Below are positions 55,181-64,000 of a stretch of DNA of 64,000 nucleotides, in pieces. The notes beneath the pieces were generated by a model. It was given only the letters and a program-made list of their open reading frames with translations. It did no database searches and was not told the origin of the DNA. The stretch is taken from the NCBI RefSeq assembly GCF_006345805.1, contig NC_042997.1:46810001-46874000 (forward strand), read 5' to 3'. The number at the start of each line of letters is the position of its first letter. Position 1 is the first letter of the stretch. The position numbers and the translations under genes are program-made. The stretch comes from Octopus sinensis (taxonomy: Eukaryota).

Positions 55181-56421
55181 TTAGACATACATATATGCAT
55201 GCATATATATATAGATGCATACATATATGTGTATATGTGTGTTTGTATGTGTGTATGTATTTATCGATTCCTCGGTATAGGAAGTGAGAAAGTGATCCAA
55301 ACTGAAAGCTGATAGATCTTTTGGCTGTGGTTTTAAAGGATAATTATTGCGTGATATTCTGGCGAATGTTTCGTGTCGTTTTGGAAGAAATATCCGGCTG
55401 TTGTATGTATTGTGAAGAAATGAGTGAATAAAGAGATTTGATGCGAAATAATCAAGATGATGACGACGATTCTAAAAGAAATAATGCTTCGGTGTTTGCA
55501 TTACTTGAGTCAATGCGTTTAAGATCTTCTCTGATTATATGTGTGTGTGTGGATGTGTGTGTGTGTGTGTGTGTGTTGTGTGTGTGTGTGTGTGTGGTGT
55601 GTGTGTGTGTGTGTGTGTGTCTGTGTCTGTGTGAGTATGTGAAAGAGAGTTTTATATGTAAATGAGTGTAGGAATTTTCTGTTTCCTTCCTTGTCTGCAA
55701 GTGTGTGAGTATGACGTCTGTTACGAACGTTTGAGTATGCAAGGGGTGCGGTATGTGTGCATAATGACGTACATGAATTACTACAGATACAAAGAGAAAT
55801 ACTAAAAGAGGAAGTTGAAGAAAGGTGGGGGGATGTTTGAGTATTAATATAACGTGAAAGCAAGATAGAATTTGCATATGTCAATAAGATCAGAGAGAAA
55901 GGGAGTGGAAGCAAATGGAAGTGGGCTAGGGGGGAGAGAATTAGTAAGAAAAGAAAGAGGTAAAGAAAGAGAGTGAAATAAGAGTATACTACAAAGTGGA
56001 TTAGAGACAAGATTTAGCGCGGAATTAAGAATCAATATTTTCAGACAGACCGGTTGTAATATGGGAGAGGTTTGCTCGAGCAGGCGATATTGACAGACCA
56101 CGTGATCTATAAACTTCAGTTACATATGTATCTGATTTTATTGATCACGTGACATAATTGAAAACACACGCTCAGGCACACTCATGCACACATGTACACA
56201 TGTATTATACGCATTTATGTATGTGCGTGAACCGTATATAATACAATATCATGTCTATGCATACACATATACATACACACATACGCGCATATACATACTT
56301 ACACACATACGCGCATATATATGTATATATATATATATATGTACACATATACAAGAGAAATATGTTTATTTTTACGCAATATAGCCCACACACGCATTCA
56401 CATATTTGTCTAATATAATTT

Positions 56422-56460
<39 letters not shown>

Positions 56461-56910
56461 CTAAATATACACACATACATACATTAATATATACATATGT
56501 ATCCGCTTGCTTTCATGATAAATTCGAGATTCTTGTATTTCGTTCTGTGTCACTTGCAGAGAAATTGTTGACATAGATATAATTGCCTGTCTTTGTTAAA
56601 TTTTTATTATTGAAGACTTAGGTGTGTGTTGTGAAGATCATGTTTAAGTATACATACATACACATACAAGTACACATACACACATACACACACATACAAA
56701 CACACACTCACACGCATTTATATAATTTTCTTCCAGTCAGCCTATTGCTACTCTGAGTTTCACCAGCAGACACACAGGATCTCCAAGATTCCGTGTGTTT
56801 ACATACGAAACTCAGAGTTCTAGGAAGCTGACTCGAGCAAAATATAGTACCATTAATCTTTGCCATCAGAGTGAGTACTCTTTCATTGGACAATTGTTAC
56901 TAAACGGGTT

Positions 56911-57034
<124 letters not shown>

Positions 57035-57247
57035 TGGCTTAAATGTCACCCACAAATGAGAAAAGGAGTGGTAGTTTTTAGAACGCTTTCGTGGAGAGTG
57101 TATGTTCCTGAAATTAGCTTTTACTGAGACTATTCTATACACTTGGAAGGCTAAATCATTTAAGGTGTGTTTGTAGTTGCGTACAAACAAACATACCCTC
57201 TTGGAACAGCGTATTTGCCTAACATGTCAGTAAATATATACACATAT

Positions 57248-57411
57248 AGGCGCAGGAGTGGCTGTGTGGTAGGTAGCTTGCTAACCAACCACATGGTTCC
57301 GGGTTCAGTCCCACTGCGTGGCAACTTGGGCAAGTGTCTTCTTCTATAGCCCCGGGCCGACCAATGCCTTGTGAGTGGATTTGGTAGACGGAAACTGAAA
57401 GAAGCCTGTCG

Positions 57412-57474
<63 letters not shown>

Positions 57475-57487
57475 TATATATATATAG

Positions 57488-57560
<73 letters not shown>

Positions 57561-57780
57561 TGTGTGTGTGTGTTGTGTGTCTGTGTTTGTCCCCTAGCAT
57601 TGCTTGACAACCGATGCTAGTGTGTTTACGTCCCGTCACTTAACGGTTCGGCAAAAGAGACCGATAGGATAAGTACTGGGCTTACAAAGAATAAGTCCCG
57701 GGGTCGATTTGCTCGACTAAAGGTGGTGCTCCAGCATGGCCGCAGTCAAAATGACTGAAACAAGTAAAAGAGTAAAAGAG
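57248..57780 (+). mobile_element. SINE family B, full copy with expanded (TA)n spacer
   Basis: Complete head, about 150 bp of TA repeats, complete tail ending AAAAGAGTAAAAGAG. Confidence 0.93.
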
Positions 57781-59084
57781 TACATGATTGTGTATTATAA
57801 ACTGATCCACTCAGGTACATGTGCACACACACACTCACAAACACGTACATGCAAACACTTACAGTGTCTTACACGCATACTCATTTATAAACACTTCCCT
57901 GATACGCGTGTGAATATATGCATACATATATATATATATGTACATACATGTGTGTGTGTGTGTGTGTATGTGTGTGTGTGTGTGTGTGTGTATACAGGTA
58001 CCATCTCCCCTGGAATTCATACTAATGGCACATATGTACCGTTCGCATATTTTAAGATTCTTATCGGCAGTTAAGCATAAACAGAATATAAATTGAATTT
58101 AGAATTCTGTTTGCGATCTGCTTCCAGTCTTTTCGTTATCTCTTTTGTTGCACCATATTTTGAACAGTCAGCATCTGTCTTTGCAGCTTACGTTTTTAGT
58201 CTTGATTCTGCAAATTCATCAAATTTTGTATTTTACCAAAGCAGTATCCCTATCATCTCTGATTACTCTTAAAGAAATCACTATAGCACTCTTTCTTCTT
58301 CATTGAAATGCGTTCGCATTCATTAATGAATCACTTTCTTTCAGTTTCTTTCGTGTGTGTTTCTTCCTCAGAAATTTTAACTTCCTTGTGTAATACTTTA
58401 TTTCCTCCCCCTACTATTTTTCTGTGGTTTTTGAGATGTTTGATCTGAAGTTTTACGTGTCCTTGCATTAGCCACTATTTTTTTCGGTTTTGTAATTTTT
58501 ACTGCGATGTTTGTATTCTACAACTGATAGGTTCTGTGTCGTTAGACCGACATCGCCTTTTACTAGATGGCATTGATATATTCTCTCACTCCTGCACTTT
58601 ATATCTCGCTCCACCGAAATTTGCTTCTCTAAAGATTTCTATTTCATTCTGCTGACCTGTCTTCGCCCACTCTCTCTCTGTTAAGAGTTCTGTTACCATT
58701 CTTCTCCTTCTCTATCTATTACTACTTCTTCGTCTTCATTCTGAAGTGAAAATATAATTGAAATGACTCCGGGTTTACAATGTTTAGAAACGACGTTGAG
58801 ATAAACAAAAACTTAAAAGCGAAACTTAAGAAAATTGAAAAGTTCACGTTTATTATTTTTTTCATTTAATTTTGAAAAGTTTACTTTATATGTTAGACAC
58901 ATAAGTCATTTATTCATTCGACCGACAGTTCAAAAGGTGTGGAAGCAATATATATTAAAACGACGAAACGACGTATCCCGGAAGAGTTATTGGGAAAGAT
59001 GATGAGCAGAAGCCTAGCGGGGGTTAACCAATATATATATGTGTGTGTGTGTCTCTGTGTGTTTCTGTGTTTCTGTGTGTGTAC

Positions 59085-59116
<32 letters not shown>

Positions 59117-59262
59117 GTGTATGTACATTCTGTGCGTATTTATGTAAACAGATAGATGGGTAAAAAAAGCTGTATGACTGAAAGGGATAAAAGAATAAAA
59201 GAATACATACATACATAACATGCGTACGTACGTACATATATACAAGCATACACACACACATA

Positions 59263-59432
59263 TGGTGAAGGCACGTGACTTAGTAGTCGGGAAATCTCGG
59301 ATGTAATGTCGGGATTTCGATATCTGGAGGTTCGTTGTGTCCTTGAGCAAGACTCTTGATTTCACGAGTAGTTTGTTCTGTTGATCGATTTGACTAGAAC
59401 ACTTGTCGTCGTAACCGACGGAGTGCCACTAG
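59263..59432 (+). mobile_element. Short diverged SINE sharing the family-D tail
   Basis: GTGAAGGCACGTGACTTAGTAG head, TGTGTCCTTGAGCAAG core, GTCGTCGTAACCGACGGAGTGCC tail. Confidence 0.65.
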
Positions 59433-61329
59433 ATTCGTACGTACATCCATACACACATACCAGTGGCGACTCCGGCACTCGAGTTGTTCGGGCTTAACCC
59501 GAGCATAAATATAGTAAAGTAAACGAGTATTTGCGAGCTGATTTAATTTCTGCCAACACTGACTTCAAGTATGTAATTGCCCCTTTTAACGAGCCCGATT
59601 GCAGTTCATTTATTTTCTTTCAGCGTCTGGGGGTCGTTTTAGAGATGCCCCATGTAAAAAAATATCATTCTTTATGGACGTTCTCTCGATATCGTTTTCA
59701 GGCGTCCGACTCGGGCTCAGAGGTTACAGCCCAAGTTGTTATCTATAATCGTGAATATTAAAAGTAATTCAAATTCATTGTTTTCTTGAACCAGTAAATT
59801 TCTATAGAGATTAGGATTTAAATTACAATCTATGCAAAGTTTCCGTTCTACAATATTTTCAAAGGAATGAAAAATTATCCAGCAACTCGCGCTAATACGA
59901 ACGAGCCTGGTAGGTGTAAAAGACTACCTGGCATCCCTTGTCAAGATGTACAGGTGACGGTCAGATCGCTGATGTTTCTTGTGCACTCTACTGTCGTTAT
60001 TTGATTGTTCTTATTCTGTATACCTGTGTGTAAAGATCAATTGTGTTTTGCAGGGATGCTTTATTTTTACCCTTAACTTAGAAATGGGGAATGACATAGT
60101 GCTACATATAAAAAATAAGCCATTTGGGGCTAGAAATATTGCAGAAAAGCGTGAAATTCTTAGAGCTGGCATGTGTCTTATGTGAAATCTGTGATGATCC
60201 CGAGTGCCGCTGATGACCTGGCGTCGCCTCTGATAGATAGATACATACATACATATATACGGGAGGGGGAGAGGGTTAGAGAGAGGGAGAAGAAAATAAT
60301 TTAAAAACAAGAAATGTAAAATATGTACGTTATGAGTTCATTTCTATGGGGGCCACTTGTGTGTCCGAAGAATTCAGTTGTTTAATAAGAGATTCGCCTG
60401 ACATATCTCGCTACACGCCAACTGTAGTAAACGTCTTCAAATGTAAGCATCGAATACCACCAAGCTTTCAGACTGAAATTTGAGAGTTGGGAAGAATGTG
60501 AAGATCAAACAAATTTCTACTGAGATTGTATTTCAAAGGGCCATCATTATTACACACTATGTCACGCTCACGTTGTCAGTGGTTCGTGTTAAGGGAACAT
60601 TTGTATGTCAATTACTTGTTATTTATGCTCTATGTTCCCTCACATGGGATATCTAGAATACTCATATAATGAACATTTGAGTCATTTACACCCATCTGGT
60701 GTGCGTGTGCGTGAGAGTGTGTGTTTGTTTATGTGCATGTACGTTTATGTGTAATACTCGCATATGGAAATTTAGGCTCACAAGTCCGAGAAAGACGATG
60801 CCGCAATATGCGATCAAATGGTTCTGCTACATGTTAGCTCACTCCTTCTATCAAATCTGCGCAGGTATAGAAAAAATGTGTTTTGCTCAAAAACACAACG
60901 CATCATCCGGTCCGAGAATTGAACCAAAGATCTCGTGACTGGGAGTGCAACACTCTAACCACTAACCCGCGCGCCTCCCTCACGACCAATATGTTCTTAA
61001 TTTTAAAACTTTCGTAAACTGTTGCATGGAAAGACGTAACATAACCTTTCGAAATATAATTTCAATAAAATATATAAAAGGTTGCAGACTAAAGCAATAT
61101 CAGGTTGATCAACTTAAGCCCTTGACGTCTGTGCTCCAGCATGACAACAATGCAATGACTGAACTCAATAAAAGAATGAAATAATACAGTGATGGTGAAC
61201 AATACGATATTAGAACCAATTAAATAAAACATATAAGGAGCTGAAAGGAAAGCTACTGAAACTGAAGGCTAAATTAGCCAGTCGTATCATATATTCTTAC
61301 ATGAATATACATATATACAGACAGATAGA

Positions 61330-61640
61330 CATGCTAATGAGAAATCTGCAGTAACTCTATCCAGATTACAAGTTCAGGTTTATACCTGTAATTATTGGGG
61401 CCCTGAGGTATGTAACACACTGCCTATATACCAATCTTGAGAAATTAGGCTTCTCAAAACCAGAAGCGAGAAAGCTAATTCGAAGATTACAAATCCAATC
61501 AATCACTGGAAATGTAAAAACCTGTAAAACGTTTCAGAAGTTTATCCTTTAAATATATATGAGCATGTCTAGATATGTAGCTATATGCATAGGAATACAT
61601 ACATAAAGCAAAACATACAAATCTGCACATATACAAACAA
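61330..61640 (+). mobile_element. 3' end of RLE retrotransposon family 3, ending in (ATAC)n
   Basis: RNLQ*LYPDYKFRFIPVIIGAL..LEKLGFSK..KLIRRLQIQSITG.VKTCKTFQKFIL*, with a UTR running into (ATAC)n. Confidence 0.75.
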
Positions 61641-61990
61641 ACATACATACATACATACATACATACATACATACATACATACATACATACATACATACAT
61701 ACATACATACATACATACATACAAATAAAAATACCCTATTGCTGGTGTTGAATTTCCAATGAAAGAGCCTTGAATTTAGGTTAGAAACCGGCTCTTTCCC
61801 TATTGGCAAGAAATTTTGAAATAATACTGAACAATGACATACATACATACATACATGCACACACACATACATGCATACATTAATACATACATACATGCAT
61901 GCATACATACATACATACATACATACATACATACATACATACATACATACATACATACATACATACATACATACATACATACATAAATAC

Positions 61991-62790
61991 AAGGATGTAA
62001 GATTGGAGTTTGGTCAGGATAAATGTTGCTATATGGCTGTGAAACGGAGAAAAACTATAAACCACGCTAGTAACATCTCCGTTAATTATTTGACTGTTTC
62101 CCATGTATCTGACGAGGAACGTTACAGGTATCTAGGGGTGGATGAAAATATATCTTACAGTGGCACCTGTAACAAAACTCTTGTGACTAAGGAATATTAC
62201 AGACGGATAAAGAAAATATGAACCTCAAAAACACTCTGAATTCAATAAAACAGTGGCCCACAGAGTGTTTGTTGTGCCAGTGCTTATACCAGCATTTAGG
62301 CTGCTTGATTGGACGGACGCTTGATGAGATCCAAGCCATTGATGTGAAAATCCGAAATATACTAATAAGCGCACATAATTTCCACATAAACAGTCATGTA
62401 TACCGCCCCTACCTGAAACAAAAACAAGACCTCAATTAAATTTAAGCACAACAGATGTGATATAATGATTTGGGATAGAGAAGAGAATCTGAGCATAGTT
62501 GTGGGAATTAGCTGCCCAGCGGATATTAACGTAAATCAGAAGATCAGAAAAATAGAGAAGACCTATGCTGAAATATTGAGGAATTTGCAGTTACTCTATC
62601 CAGATTACAAGTTCTGGTTTATACCTGTAATTATTGGGTCCCTGGGATGTAACACACTGCCTAAATAGCAATCTTGAGAAATGAGGCTGCTCAAAACGAG
62701 AAGGTAAAAGCTAATTCGAAAACTACAGATCCAATCCCTCACTCAAAATGTAAAAGTCTGTAAAACTTTCCTGAAGTTTATCATTTAAAT
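61991..62790 (+). mobile_element. Internally deleted RLE retrotransposon family 3 fragment starting at (ATAC)n
   Basis: KDVRLEFGQDKC..YRYLGVDEN..KEYYRRIKKI (RT C-terminus), DVKIRNILISAHNFHINS, and IWDREE..SCPADIN..LRNLQLLYPDYKFWFIPVIIGSLG. Confidence 0.8.
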
Positions 62791-62795
62791 ATATA

Positions 62796-62823
62796 GTAGC
62801 AGAGATACCCGGCCTTCCTCGGG
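62796..62823 (-). mobile_element. Solo Helitron 3'-terminal fragment
   Basis: Reverse complement CCCGAGGAAGGCCGGGTATCTCTGCTAC resembles the hairpin and CTGCTAG end of the two Helitrons. Confidence 0.45.
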
Positions 62824-62914
62824 ATTAAAATGGCATAGATTTTCATTACTTTATTTGTTTTAATCATGTGACTGCAGCCATCCTGGAGCACCGCCGTTGG
62901 TCGAAGAAATTAAC

Positions 62915-63720
62915 CACATATATATATAATACAAAATGGGACAAGGACGCAAAGCATCTAGACAGTTAGGAGACACAAAAAAGAAACAACAAAACATCCA
63001 GATAAACAATACAAAGAAAACAAGGACGGGTCATTCGGAGTTTTCTTTCCTCAGTCGATTTCCAGATTATCTTTGCAATTTCGGCTGGTTATACTCGAGA
63101 TTGCTCCAATCTGGCAAGCCCCAAGGAAAAACTAAAGTAAGAACATTAGACTCCTTGGAAGAAAGACAGCGAATGTATACGAAAACAAGGACGGAAACAA
63201 ACGGAGAATGTTACACAAATACAAATAACAGGACATAACAACATGTGTCTTTCGACTAAGGACGAATTAGATAAGCTGGCGTGTGTGTAAGTAAAGACTT
63301 ACGGCAATGATACAAGTTTTAGCGGGCACAGGGAGGAATATAGATGTTGCACAGACGGCGGCCGAACCAAGAAAGAAAGGTCAGGCTTGGCCGAACACCG
63401 GTCACGTGTTGAGAGAACAGAGAGAGATAGAGGCAGAGGAACCGAAGAAATGAAGTGAAAAGAGGAGGGAAAGTGAGCATGAAGAGAAGGCAAGGAAATG
63501 TGAGAGAGAGGAAACGAAAGAACGAAGAGTGAAATGAACGAAAGAAGAAAAGAATAGAAAGAATAGAGTCGTACAAGATTTAGATAAATATATACTTATA
63601 TATAAGAGACCAAAGTGTACGTACGCCGCTATATGTAAATATATATATATAATACAAAATGGGACAAGAACGCAAAACATCCAGACAATTAGTTGATACA
63701 AAAGAGGGACATATATATAC
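62915..63720. mobile_element. Non-coding repeat with a directly repeated start, possibly Penelope-like pLTR arrangement
   Basis: ATATATAATACAAAATGGGACAAG.ACGCAAA.CATC.AGACA occurs at about 62920 and again at about 63645. A hammerhead-like half-motif lies at 63030-63055 (minus). Confidence 0.45.
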
Positions 63721-63791
<71 letters not shown>

Positions 63792-64000
63792 TGTGTGTGT
63801 GTACTTATGTACGTATATGTATATATATGCTTTCGGTGCGAATGGTTCTATTATACGGCGCCGTATTTCAAAATCCTGTAAATGATAATAATGGTATTTT
63901 TATATAAGCTTAAAGCTTATGCCATTCACCGTGCAATGACTAAGGAAAATAGTTTAATAACGGGGCATATAAGCCCTCGACAGAAAAAAGAAGGCTTTCC

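Noticed and set aside
59461-59500. hAT-like TIR start CAGTGGCG
   Set aside because: No matching right TIR or 8-bp TSD found.
60185-60240. C/D-box snoRNA-like GTGATGA..CTGATGA..CTGA with a short terminal stem
   Set aside because: Only about 50 nt, the D' and C' boxes overlap, and I recognise no rRNA-complementary guide.
63025-63060. Hammerhead at minus-strand CTGAGGA..CCGAAT
   Set aside because: GAAA is mutated, stem II is only 2 bp and there is no convincing stem I. At best a fossil.

Overview
This is AT-rich eukaryotic DNA extremely dense in microsatellites and transposable-element (TE) debris. The SINE families and repeat landscape look like an octopus (coleoid cephalopod) genome, but that is recognition from memory, not a database result. 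I found no confidently supported host protein-coding gene, rRNA, true tRNA or CRISPR array. Almost all ORF-track entries are read-throughs of simple repeats. Supportable content: (i) a full-length but pseudogenised mariner (44345-45642) with TIRs and TA TSD, plus an older mariner interrupted by a SINE with an 11-bp TSD; (ii) many 5'-truncated RLE-type non-LTR retrotransposon fragments (R4/Dong-like and HERO-like) sitting in (AAT)n or (ATAC)n tracts; (iii) a CR1-like LINE RT remnant; (iv) four tRNA-headed SINE families; (v) non-autonomous Helitrons, foldback elements and local duplications. The most interesting signal is a set of minimal type-I hammerhead ribozyme folds of the kind associated with Penelope-like elements. 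One has an apparent compensatory G3-C8 core and lies inside a 46-bp inverted-repeat cassette nested in a SINE's (TA)n spacer. All structures and translations were read by eye.
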